From Mobula hypostoma (lineage: Eukaryota): DNA of 64,000 nucleotides. A program made the translations under genes and the position numbers. Position 1 is the first letter of the stretch, and every line of letters starts with the position of its first letter. Below are positions 39,201 through 51,132 of this stretch, piece after piece. The DNA lies in the NCBI RefSeq assembly GCF_963921235.1, contig NC_086097.1, positions 101,000,001-101,064,000 on the forward strand, in the 5' to 3' direction. The notes beneath the pieces are model-generated. The model did no database searches. It was not told where the DNA came from and saw only the letters and a program-made list of their open reading frames with translations.

Positions 39201-40612
39201 TGCCCTGGATTTGTCGGCCTGCCACTTTTACTTTTCTCCTTACTACTTTTTGCTTCTACCCTCACTTTACACCCCTCTGTCTCTCTGCACTGGTTCCCAT
39301 CCCCCTGTTGTGAACTAACCTCCTCTCGCCTAGCCTCTTTAATTTGATTCCCACCCCCCAACCATTCTAGTTTAAAGTCACCTCAGTAGCCCTCGCTAAT
39401 CTCCCTGCCAGGATATTGGTCCCTCTAGGATTCAAGTGTAACCCGTCCTTTTTGTACAGGTTACGCCTGTGCCAAAAGAGGTCCCAATTATCCAAAAACT
39501 TGAATCCCTGCCTCCTGCTCCAATCCCTCAGCCACACATTTATCCTCCACCTCATCGCATTCCTACTCTCACCGTCGCGTGGCACAGGCAGTAATCCCGA
39601 GATTACTACCTTTGCAGTCCTTTTTCTCAACTCCCTTCCTAGCTCCCTATATTGTCCTTTCAGGACCTCTTCCCTTTTCCTACCTATGTCATTGGTACCT
39701 ATATGTACCACGACCTCTGGCTCCTCACCCTCCCACCTCAGGATATCTTGAACACGATCAGAAATATCCCAGACCCTGGCACCAGGGAGGCAAACTACCA
39801 CCCAGGTCTCTGGACTACGTCCACAGAATTGCCTATCTGACCCCCTTACTATCGAGTCCCCTATCACAACTGCCCTCCTCTTCCTTTCCCTACTCTTCTG
39901 AGCTACAGGGCCGGACTCTGTGCCAGAGGCACGGCCACTGTCGCTTCCCCCGGGTAAACTGTCCCCCCCAACAGTACTCAAACAGGAGTACCTATTGTTA
40001 AGGGGCACAGTCACCGGAGTACTCTCTATTACCTGACTCTTCCCCTTCCCCCTCCTAACCGTGACCCACTTGTTTGCCTCCCGTGGCCCCGGTGTGACCA
40101 CCTGCCTGTAACTCCTCTCTATCAACTCCTCACTCTCCCTGACCAGACGAAGGTCATCGAGCTGCAGCTCCAGTTCCGTAACGCGGTCCCTTAGGAGCTG
40201 CATCTCGATGCACTTGGCGCAGATGTAGACGTTCGGGAGGCTTGGAGACTCCAGGGCCTCCCACATCCGACATCGAGAACAACAAACTGCACTCACACTC
40301 ATACTGCCCCTCTCCTCAAATAAGAACAGAAAATGAATACCAAACCTTCCTCGCCTCGCCCGTTTCCGCCTAAGCCCGTTGAGCTGAAGCCCTTAAGTCT
40401 TCACTCTGCTCCCGGCTCACTCCGCCACCCGCAAACTACGCTGCCCGCTGTATGAGGCTCTGTTCCTTTTAAATTTGCCGCGCTGCACTGCCCGACGTCA
40501 CACGCCTGCGCAGTCCCGCCTCTCTGAATGCCGTTGGAGAAAAAAACCCGAAAATTTTAAAAATGTCTTCCTCCGCACTCCTGTTCCGACTCTCAGACTT
40601 CCTTCTTCGAAT
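36232..40612 (-). mobile_element. Near full-length young CR1 LINE (family B); 5' boundary approximate
   Basis: A GC-rich 5' UTR precedes ORF1 (39367-40302). ORF2 is in pieces with EN (NARSIRNK, ITETWL, MGDFN, SDHN) and RT ([16 protein letters not shown]), followed by a (CTATGTTT)n tail. Confidence 0.95.
39367..40302 (-). CDS. CR1 ORF1 protein, 311 aa: zinc finger, leucine zipper and SGNH/GDSL esterase-like domain
   Basis: CSRC...CAKC and heptad LRDRVTELELQL, then VIGDSIVRG, HIGTND and DGLHLN. Confidence 0.88.
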   Translation of the reverse strand: MSVSAVCCSRCRMWEALESPSLPNVYICAKCIEMQLLRDRVTELELQLDDLRLVRESEELIERSYRQVVTPGPREANKWVTVRRGKGKSQVIESTPVTVPLNNRYSCLSTVGGDSLPGGSDSGRASGTESGPVAQKSRERKRRAVVIGDSIVRGSDRQFCGRSPETWVVVCLPGARVWDISDRVQDILRWEGEEPEVVVHIGTNDIGRKREEVLKGQYRELGRELRKRTAKVVISGLLPVPRDGESRNAMRWRINVWLRDWSRRQGFKFLDNWDLFWHRRNLYKKDGLHLNPRGTNILAGRLARATEVTLN

Positions 40613-41724
40613 CCAATACTTAATAGCTGGAAATATCATTATGGAATCCTTACATCCCAAGTTGAAACATGTAGCTCAGAACCACCAATTAGAAACCCTG
40701 ACTATCTCAGTTCTGCTTAAAACAAAAGAGAAGATTGTTGAGGCAACTTACAGGTCAGCAACAGTATAACCAAACAACTATTTAAGCATCCTTTCCTTAT
40801 TGTTTTTTGTGTTTTTGGGTGTGGTTGTCACTGGTATGATGATTATTTATTGTTCATCTCTAGTTGCTCTATAGTGAGGAATCTTTTTGAATCACTGTGG
40901 CCCTCCTGGCAAAGATCCTTCAATAAGGTCTTTTGAGTAAGAGAATTCTAGGATTTAGATCCAGCATAGTGATATATTTCCAAGTCAAATCAAGAAACAC
41001 CTTGTGCCTCTTGATTGAAAAAAAATTAGTGAGATAGTTTACATGGGTTCATTGTCCATTCAGAAATCTGGTGGCAGAGGGCAAGTAGCTGTCCCTAAAA
41101 CATTAAGCGTGTGTCTTCAGGCTCCTGCACCTCATACTTGATGGTAGCAATGAGAAGAGGATATATATCCTGGGTGATGGGGGGTCCTTCATGATGGACA
41201 CTGCCTTTTTGAAGATGTTCTCATTGCTGGGGAGGCTAGTGCCCACAATGAGCTGTAGCAGGGTGCAAGTAAAACAAGATGATTGTTCTAAATGCTGTCA
41301 GGATTCTCAAGTGGTGCTGAGCTACTCTGGACTGCTTTATTTGCTGAGGTTTTGCACAATGTCATTTCAATTTACAATTAGGAGCAAATATTTCCATTTG
41401 TAATGTTGTGTTGGAAGGAAGGTCATGGATGAAACAGCCAGAGCTGGTTAGGTTCCAAAGCAATCCCAAAACAATGCCTTTGGGCTGGGTGATTGACCTC
41501 CAACAGCCATAACCATCTATGTTTGTGTGGGGTATAATTCCAGTGTTTTCCATAGATATCAGTTTAACTAAGGCTCCCTGATCCCATACTCAGTCAAATG
41601 CTGCTTTCATGTGACAACTTCTGGAATTCAGCACTTCTGATTAGGTCTATCACCAAATAATCTTGGCAAAACAGAAATTAGACATTGGTGAGCAATATTA
41701 ATGTTCCAGACTATAGTCTGGGCT

Positions 41725-42500
41725 TCCAGTAAGATGGCAACACATTCAGACACAACGGCCTCTTGGGGACCAACCAAAGATGTTATTATCTTTTTTTTAC
41801 AATCGCAAGATAATGTTGGACATTAACAATTTCAAGTGCTGCATGCCTACTGCATCAGCAAGCTGTGCATTGGCAGAGGAGATGGACTAGGTGCGGAACA
41901 TGTCACTGCCTGCTACAGGAAGATATCAAAGGCATTGGCAATGGTGCGTGATTGCGGCGTACAGTTTAACAGCGAGTGATTGTCTTGTATGTTTCTCTTG
42001 CGATCAAGCACCCAGCTGAACATTGATAATGCAAAATGCAGCAAGTCAGTGTCCCCCTTGTTTACTGCCGTGACAGTGGTTGGGGAGCCGAAAGGCTAAG
42101 CCTCAAGCCACGGGCAGCTGCTGCAATCCAGGAGAGGAGAGGAGAGGAGAAGCCAAATACGATGTGGTGTGCCATCCATCCTTGGATGGCGGGGGGGGGC
42201 TGGCCTCTCCCATCGGTGCTGCCCTCCAATAGTCGATAGGTTGGAATAACAAGCTGGATGTAGTGTGTGTCTGCATATCTTTGTCTGCGAACTGCCGGGA
42301 ATGGATTTTTCTTACTGATAGCACCAATTTACTTAGGGACTTGGGCTAAATATTCTTGTGTTCAGTATGTTTACTTGATATCCTATATGTACTCTAAGTG
42401 CCTTGTGTTGTGTTGTGCTGTGTGGTTTGCTGCTTGGACCCGGAGGAACGCTGTTTTGGTTGGCTGCATTCAGGTATGGTTGAATAATAATTGAACTTGA
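41725..42500 (+). mobile_element. Non-coding non-autonomous retroelement-like repeat, copy 2
   Basis: Same termini and internal blocks as 9722-10487. Confidence 0.6.
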
Positions 42501-42529
42501 TTTGTTAATTTATTTGAGGTAATTTAAAA

Positions 42530-42680
42530 AAATTTATCTTGAAATACCACAGTGAATATGCCCTTCCGACCCTTCAAGCCATACCACCAAGCAGCCCCTG
42601 ACAACACCAACCTAATCAGAGGACAATTTACAATGATAATTAATCTACCAGGTATGCCTTTGGACTGTGGAAGGAAATTG
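42530..42680 (-). mobile_element. SINE 3' half, same family as 6219-6507
   Basis: Reverse complement of ccacagtccaaag...cttgaaggg...gaagggc. Confidence 0.6.
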
Positions 42681-43879
42681 AAGGATGTTGTGCACCTTAG
42701 TCCAGAGGAAGATTGTTTTATTTGGCAATGTACATGTATATGGTTGAATGACAAAAAACTGAATTTGACAGCACCATTAACATCTTCCATCACTTTGCTG
42801 ATGAGCTAAGGTAATTAACGGATTGAATTTTAATTGCATTTTCTGACCAGGACATTCTGTGCAAAAATCAACAAATTTGGAAATCCTATGATATATTCTG
42901 ATATCCAAGCCATATATAAAGATAAAAGAAAGTAGTATTCGAAGAGGAGCATGATGTCGGCCAGTTTCATTTTGAAAAGCATTACCATAATTTGCTTTCT
43001 ATATTTAGCCTCTTTCAACCAAATTATCACCAACTCTCCTATTCCATGGGCTTTAATTTTGTTTGCATGCTGTTTATGTGATTTGATCCATTTGACTCAT
43101 ATCCAACATCCTTTAAGAAATAGACTTTTCTGGATACATTTTAAGCCAAAGTATGAGTATTGTTCCTAAACGGCATAGTAGTGGAAAAAATTGTTCAGTG
43201 AATCACTGATCAACATCCCCAATTGGCCTCTTTCACCTCTGTTCTCTTGAAAGCCTTCAATATTAACATCTTTAGTAGTAAGCAATCCCTCTTCCATACA
43301 TTCATGAAAGACCAGAGCATACAGTCCTGATGACATAGCTGTTACCAAAGTGATAAGCTGCAACAAAGAGATTGCTTACGTTTTGAAAACAAAGATCTCT
43401 GGTAATGATGACACACCTTCTATTTAAGACCATGTTGGTGGGGAAGGTAAATGATCTGACAAGTTATGCTGATTTATATTTTAATCAATACTAAGTCCAC
43501 TCTCACAATACTTCTAGGATGATGCTGAATAAGCATACATCTTGACAAATATGGTGCTCCAATCTTCCAAAGCCATGTTTTTCATAGCAACTGCACATTC
43601 AGTCAAAATTAAAAGTAACAACAAAAAAAATTACGACAGCAAATAAATGCATACAAGCATGTACCAATCCAAGTCAAACAGAATTCAAAAATTCATGATA
43701 ATAGTAATTACCATTGTGCTTTCATTAGGTTTTTAAGTGGATGATAAGACAACTATTTCCACACCACTATCACACAGGGACCTCTGGGAAATACTGGGTG
43801 CCAAATATATAAAAGGTTAAACTTTGCACAACTTTACCAACATATACACAGCAGGTCGGGCAGCATCCGTGGAAACCAT

Positions 43880-43917
43880 CAGGCAACATTTCGGGCCGGA
43901 ACCCTTCATCAGGACTG
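43880..43917 (-). ncRNA. Degenerate hammerhead ribozyme motif
   Basis: CAGUC-CUGAUGA-AGGGuuccggCCC-GAAA-UGUU-GCCUG. Confidence 0.5.
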
Positions 43918-44718
43918 AAGAGGGAAGGGGCAGAGGCCCTATAAAGAAGGTGGGAGGAGGGTGGAAAGGAGAAGGCTGGTAGGTTCCAGGTGAAAAACCA
44001 GTAAGGGGAAAGATAAAGGGGTGGGGGAGGGGATAGGCAGGAAAGGTGAAGAAGGAATAGGGGAAAACACAATGGGTAGTAGAAGGAGGTGGAACCATGA
44101 GGGAGGTGATAGGCAGCTGGGGGAGGGGACAGAGTGAAATAGAGATAGGGGAAGAGAGGGGGAGGGAATTACCGGAAGTTGGAGAATTCTATGTTCATAC
44201 CAAGGGGCTGGAGACTACCTAGACGGTATATGAGGTGTTGCTCCTCCAAATTGAGTTTAGCCTTATCATGGCAGTAGAGGAGGCCATGTATGGACATATC
44301 TGAATGGGAATGTGAAGCAGAGTTAAAGTGGGTAGCAACCGGGAGATCCTGTCTGTTGTGGCGGACGGAGCAGAGGTGCCCAACGAAGCGGTCCCCCAAT
44401 CTGCGTCGGGTTTCACCGATGTCTCCAGCCCCTTGGTATGAACATTGAATGCTCCAACTTCTGGTAATTCCCTCCCCCTCCCTTCCCCTATCTCTATTTC
44501 ACTCTGCCCCCTCCCCCAGCTGCCTACTACCTCCCTCATGGTTCTGCCTCCTTCTACTACCCATTGTGCTTTCCCCTATTCCTTCTTCCCCTTTCCTGCC
44601 TATCCCCTCCCCCACCCCTTTATCTTTCCCCTTACTGGTTTTTCACCTGGAACCTACCAGCCTTCTCCTTCCCACCGTCCCCCCACCTTCTTTATAGGGC
44701 CTCTGCCCCTTCCCTCTA

Positions 44719-44756
44719 CAGTCCTGACGAAGGGTTCTGGCCCGAAACATTGACTG
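44719..44756 (+). ncRNA. Hammerhead ribozyme motif with a mutated stem III
   Basis: CAGUC-CUGACGA-AGGGuucuggCCC-GAAA-CAUU-GACUG. Confidence 0.6.
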
Positions 44757-45945
44757 ATCATTTCCACGGATGCTGCCCAACCTGCTGAGTTCCTCCAGTG
44801 TGTTGTGAGTGTTGTTTTGACCCCAGCATCTGCAGAGTATTTTGTGTTTAGCAACACATATTTGTTTCATTGTTAGAAAAATCCACAAAATACAGGGACA
44901 TTACAATTATTTGTTCTTTTACTTTTAGTGAAGGCCACAACACCATAAAATACAAGAAAAGAATTGGGTCATTTGGCCAGTCGATGCTCTGCCATTTCAT
45001 CGCGGCTAATCCTTTTTTCTTCTCAGCCCCAATCTCCTGCCTTCTCCCTATATCCTTTTGTGCCCTGACCAATCAAGAATCTCATCAACTTCTGCCTTAA
45101 ATATACGTAAAGAATTGGCCTCCACAGCTGCCTGTAGCAACAAATTCCACAGATTCACCACTCTCTGACAAAATAAATTCCTCATCTCCATTCTACAAGG
45201 ACAACCCTCTGGTTGAGGCTGTATCCTCTGGTCTTGGATTCTCCCACCATAGCAAATGTCCTCTCCACATCCAATCTATCAAGGCCTTTCACCAATTGAT
45301 AGGTTATCCCTCATTCTTCTGAATTCAAGTGACTCCAGACCCAGACAGGCGGGCTAAAGCAAATGAGAGTAGCTGGAAACCTCCAACCCCAGTGGAATAG
45401 GGATATGTTTACCCCAGCATGTGAAGACAGTTCTGGCGGACTGGGCAGATGAGATCAACTACAAGAGCCAATGGCCAAGAAGGCGGTGCTGCTAAACTTC
45501 GTGGAGAGTGAAGGACATGACAAAGCACAGAAGGCATCATGGCTCTCTACTGCAGCCAAGGAAGTCTCCAGTCGTGACGAGTTTTTGTACCATTGGACCA
45601 AGATTTTTGAGGCCGAGAAAGTGGAGCTCCCCAGTGCAATGGCCTTTTTTTTTACTATGAAACTGCTCCCACGCAAGTTTTTCTCTATGCAGTGCTTTAC
45701 CGAATGATGAGCTTCACAGACAAAATGTCATCGCCAGAAGTGACAGACAACCAACATAGGCCCAAACGCGCTTCATATGACAAGCTGTTCAATTGCGTAA
45801 TCATTTTCGTGAACCTCCTTTGAACCCTCTCTAGTTTCAGCACACCCTTTCAAAGACAAGGGGCCCAAAACTACTTACAATACTCCAAGTGAGGTCTCAC
45901 CAGTGCTTTATAAAGTCTCAACATTACAACCTTACTTTTATATTC

Positions 45946-46218
45946 TTTTTTTTTTGGCGTGTCTGTGCGTGCGTCCATGATGATGGCTTTTTCCAAGGTG
46001 CAGAGCAGGAGAGAGAGACTGTGTGGTGTGCCACTCCTCACATCTTCACACAGACATTTTCGCAATACTTTTCCCTTTGTTTTACAAGGTCGAGTTGCTG
46101 TCTCGACACTCAACCCGGCACGGATGGAAAGCGTGCTTGGGGGCAGACCCGACTAGTTTCAAACCCAGGAACCTCCGCGCCCGGGTCTGGCGCCGATATC
46201 GTTGTACCACCAGCTGGC
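45946..46218 (-). mobile_element. tRNA-derived SINE with a poly(A) tail and a 15-bp TSD
   Basis: Head GCCAGCTGGTGGTACAACG...GGGTTTGAAAC (A/B-box-like) and a poly(T) run on the plus strand. CCTTRCTTTTATATT occurs at 45930-45944 and 46219-46233. Confidence 0.8.
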
Positions 46219-46612
46219 CCTTGCTTTTATATTGTACTGCTCTTGAAATGAATGTAGAATAGTCAAGATAGCACCTGCATACGCTTCTTCGGTTAATATC
46301 TTCTGGATAGATCATGAAACAATATATTTCACTTCTTCTCTGTCTATTACATTTGTTTTTCATTTTAAATGTGTTTCTGGAACTGTTAGGGTTTGTGATT
46401 TGCAGTTTGGGTATTTCAGTGCTCTGCACTCTCAGAGAGGATTCTGTAAGGCAGAGGCAGCATGCAGGAACCTCGTGGCGAGAAGGATGCGGGACAGGGT
46501 GTGGGCCGACGTTGGACTCCATTTTGCCAATTAAAGCTTCCATTGTTCACCAATTAAAGCGAGGAGGGAGATTGAAATATCGAGGTGAATGCAGAAGGTG
46601 AATGCCAACTAC

Positions 46613-46877
46613 CTGCCTTTTGATCGCTGGAGTGATCACTCTGCTGCTGAAGAGAGGAGACTGCCTTTTGATTGCTGGTGGGATCACTCTGCTACAGAAA
46701 GGGGAGACTGCCTTTTTATTGCTGGTGGGATTGCTCGGCTACAGAGAGGGAAGACTGTCTTTTGATCGCTGGTGGGATTGCTTTGCTACAGAGAAGGGAG
46801 ACTGCCTTTTTATTGCTGGTGGGTTGAGACTGCCTTTTGATAGCTAGGGGATCGCTCTGCTACCAGAGATGGAAAGG
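46613..46877. repeat. Minisatellite of about 47 bp, 5-6 copies, inside a non-autonomous element
   Basis: Repeated ctgccttttgatcgctggtgggatcactctgctacagagaggggaga-like unit. Confidence 0.85.
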
Positions 46878-48539
46878 CCTGCCACTGTGCCTGGAGAATG
46901 TTCTCCAGGTTTACTGCATTTTGGATATAGAATTGGTTTAGAATTTTTTTTCCAGTCTTATAGTTTCTTTATATTCTGTGTGTTTTGCCTGATCTTTCTC
47001 GGCTTTTTGTGTGCAGGGGGAGGGGGAATTGGGGGTCAATGTGACTGCTCCGTTTTTGTTCACTTTTTTGTGTGGGGACAAGGGACTTGGAGGTTGATGA
47101 TCATTCTGCCGTTCTTTTCTTTCTTGGTTCTGTGGCTATCTGGAGAAGAATTTCAGAGTTGTATACGTTGATAATAAAGGAACCTTGAACATTTGAACAT
47201 CACATTTGTCTTTCTCACCACAGACTCAACCTGCAAGTTAACTTTCATGGAATCCCGTACAAGGACTCTCAAGTCCCTTTGCATCCCCGTTTTTTCTATT
47301 TTCTCTCCATTTAGAAAAGTCAACCCTTTAATTTCTTCTACCATAGTGGATGACCATACAGTTCCCAACACTGTATGCCATCTGTCGCTTCTTTGCTCAT
47401 TCTCCAAATCTAAGTCCTTCTATACCCTCTCTACTTCCTCAAAACTACCTGGCCATCCACCTCTCTTCATATTGTCTTCAAACTTTACAACAAACCTATC
47501 ATCCAAATCATTGACATACAACTTAAAAAGAATCAGTCCCAACTCACTAGTCACCACCAGCCAAACAGAAAAGTCTCCCTTTATTCCCACATTTTGCCTC
47601 CTGCCAATTATCCACTGCTTTATCAATGCTGGAATCTTTCCTGTAATACCATGGGTTCATAACTTGTTAAGTAGCCTCGTGCGTGGCACCTTGTCACAGG
47701 CTTTCTGAAAATCCAATTACACAACATCAACCAATTCTTCTTTGTCTACCCTGCTTGTTATTTCTTTAAAGAATTTAACAGATTTGTTGGGCAAGATTTT
47801 CCGTCGGGGAAACCATGCTGACTATGACCTATTTTATCAAGTGCCTCCAAATATCCTAAAGCCATCTTCTTAACAGTCAACTCTAACACCTTTCCAACCA
47901 GTGAGGTCATACTAACTAGCCTATGATTTCCTTTTTTTCTGCCTCTCTCCCTTCTTGAAGAGTGGAGCAACATTTGCAATTTTTCAGTCTTCCGGAACCA
48001 TTCCAGAATCTAATATTCTTGAAAGATCATTACCAATGCCTCCACAATCTCTTCAGCCACCTCTTTCAGAACATTTAAGATAACCAATGACTTAAATCTT
48101 TAAGACTGTTTCTATTTCACTTTATTATTTTACTAGTACAATTAATTTTCAAGATTTTTAATTAATCACAAATATTCTGAGCTCCATCAGTAAAATAGTC
48201 ATGACTTAATAAAGTCGAGGGTAGACAACTGAAGTTCAAAATAAAATTTATATTAAAGAGTACATACACATCACCACATACAACGCTGAGATTCTTTTTC
48301 CTGCAGGCATACTCAGCAAATCTATAGAAAAGTGACTGTAAACAGGATCAATGAAACAGCAAGACCACAGAAGACAACTGCAAATGCAGATATAAATAAA
48401 TAGCAATAAATAATGAGAACATGAAATAACAAGATAAAGAGTCCTTAAAGTGAGATCATTGGTTGTGGGAACATGAAAAATAGAATGAATGTAGTTATCC
48501 TCTTTTGTTCAACAGCCTGAAATAGTCAGATTCTTTAAG

Positions 48540-51132
48540 TGTTGAACATCACTTAGCTCAACTGCAGTTCGACAGGCGAGTGTATTGCTTTGCTAACAGG
48601 TTTTAAGCAGTGGTTCACTCAGCTTCGCCGATTGAACACATAAGGCATTAATTCGCAGCAGTTTGCTGTTTTGAGCAGCAGCCAATCAGCAATCAGGATT
48701 GATTGGCAAGAACAACTTAAAATAAGGCAAGGGCATTGTGTGAGCGGACAGTGATAGAGTGGGGATTCTGAGGGTTTACCCCTTTGTGGCTTCAGTGAGA
48801 GAAAGTGAAAAAGCTATAGGTAAATTCCACCCACCAGGATATTGTTTTCCTTCTTTACTCAGGGACTCAGCTAGAACGGTAGGGATGTCAAGCATAATAG
48901 TTGAATGCTCCTCTTGCAAGATGTGAGAAGGCAGGGAAACCTCCAATGTCCCTGACAACTTCACCTGCAAGAAATGCATCCAGTTGCAGCTTCTAACTTA
49001 AGGGGTTGGAACAGGAAATGAATGAACTCCTGATCATTTGGGAGGCTGAAGGGGTGATAAATAGGACATACAGAGAGGTAGTTACACTCAAGGTACAGGA
49101 CACAGGAGACTGAGTGTTGGTCAGGAAGAGGAAAGGGTTAAACGGCCATCCCCCTTAACAACAGGTATGTCACTTTGGATACTGCTGGGGTGGGGGAAAT
49201 GAACTGGCAGAGGAAAGTCACAGTGTGCCTGTCAGAATGAAAGGTAAAAATAACCGATTTAGGGAACCTTAGTTTTCAAGGGATACTGAGACCTTGGTTA
49301 AGAAAAAAAAGATGCATTGCAGATAATCATAGTTAAGAACGTGAGGTACTTATGGAGTATAAGAAATGCAAGAGAACACTTATGAAATCAGGAGGGCTAA
49401 AACAAAAGGCAATAGGTTTCCCTAGCAGACAAGGTGAAGGAGAATCCTAAGGAATTCTACAGCGATGTTAAGAGTAAAAGGATTGCAAGAGACAAAACTG
49501 GTCCTCTGGAAGCCCAGAATGGTAATCTATGCATGAAGCCTAAAAAGATGGGTGAGCACCTAAATAGATTTTTTTTTCCATCTGTATTTACTCAGGAGAT
49601 GGAGGGACACAAAGTCTATAGAAGCGAGGGAAAGTAAGAGCGAGGTCATGGACCCTACACAGATTACAAAAGAGATGTTTGCTATCTTAAGGCAAATTAG
49701 GGTGTATACATTCCCAGGGCCTGACAAGGTGTTCTGCAGGGGCCATAGCAGAGATATTTAAAACATTCTTAGTGACACAGGTACCAGAACTTGTTCTGCT
49801 ATTTAAGAAAGGCTCTAAAAATAAACCAGGAAATTATAGACTAGTGAGCCTGACATCAGCAGTGTGAAGGTTATTATAAGGTATTCTAAGGGACCAAATA
49901 CATGAGTATTTGGATAGACAAGGACTGATTAGGAATAATCAGCATGGTGCATAGTAGGTCATATCTAACCAAACTTAGGGTTTTTCAAGGAAGTTACCAG
50001 AAAAGTTGAAGGCAAAGCTGTGGATATTGTCTACATGGACTTTAGTACGGCACTTGACAAAGTCCCCCGTGGGAGGTTGGTCAAGGTGGTTCAGTCACTC
50101 AGCATTCAAGCAGTAAATTGGATTAGACACTGGCTTTATGGGAGAAGCCAAAAAGTGGTAGTAGATGGCTATCTCTTTTGACTGGAGGCCTGTAACTAGT
50201 GGAGTGCTGCATCTATAGCAATGATAATGTTATTAACTGGATCAGAAAATTTGTGGATGACACCAAGATTAGGTGTGTAAGTGGACAATGAGGAAGGCTA
50301 TTATGGTTTGCAGAGGGATCTGCATCAGTTGGAAAAATGAACTGAAAAATAGCAGACGGAATTTAATGCAGACAAGTGTGAGGTGTTGCACTTTGGTAGG
50401 GCCAACCAGGATAGGTCTTACACAGTGAATGGTAGAAAACTGTGGTAGAAGAAAAGGATCTGGGAATATAGGCCCATAGTTCATTGAAAATGGTGGCACA
50501 GGTAGATAGGGTTGTAAAGAAAGCTCTTGGCATGTTGGTTTTGGAGATGGGATGTTATAATGAAGAGATGCAAGACATTGGGGAGGTGTTATTTGGTGTA
50601 TTGTGTGCAGCTTTGGTCACCTACCTACAGGAGAGATGTAAACAAGTTTGAAAACATACAAAGAAAATGTACAAGGATGGTGCCAGGGCTGGAGAACCTG
50701 AGTTATAAGGAAAGACTGAATAGGTTAGGACCTTATTTCTTGGAACATAGAAGACAGAGGAGAGATTTGATAGAGGTGTACAAAATCATGAGGGGTATAG
50801 ATAGAGTAAATGCAAGCAAGAAGGCTTTTTCCACTGAGGTTGGGTGAACTACAACTCGAGGTCATGGGTTAAGGATGAAAGGTGAAAAGCTTAAGAGGAA
50901 CATGAGGAGAAACTTCTTCAATGAGAGGTTCGTGAGAGTGTAGAATGAGCTGCCAAGCACAAGTGGTGCATGTAAGCTCAATTTCAACTTTTAAGAGAAG
51001 TTTGGACAGATATATGTAAGGTAGGGATATGGGGGGCTATGCTCCGGGTGCAGGTTGATCGGAGTAGTTAGTTTAAATAGCTTCAGCACGGACAAGATGG
51101 GCCTGTTTTCTATGCTGTATTTTTCTATGACT
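48540..51132 (+). mobile_element. Internally deleted, degraded CR1 LINE (ORF1 start joined to mid-ORF2)
   Basis: ECSSCKM...FTCKKCIQLQLL at about 48900, then KENPKEFYS and the RT C-terminus, then a CR1 3' end. Confidence 0.8.

Larger units (their letters stand above)
43849..44855. mobile_element. Penelope-like element in inverted (head-to-head, diverging) arrangement, with arms 43849-44215 and 44421-44787
   Basis: GIY-YIG C-terminus on the minus strand (44169-44399). The two arms are near-perfect reverse complements, each with a hammerhead motif. Confidence 0.9.
44935..48070 (-). mobile_element. Degraded CR1 LINE split by at least three later insertions (about 45345-45760, 45946-46218 and 46255-47190)
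   Basis: Collinear CR1 RT pieces: LRLYKALVRPHLEYC, VVKFEDNMK and HSQHGFPDGKSCPTNLL. Confidence 0.75.

Noticed and set aside
46613..46877. Regularly spaced repeats as a CRISPR-like array
   Set aside because: The units are head-to-tail with no unique spacers, and the context is eukaryotic with no cas genes.
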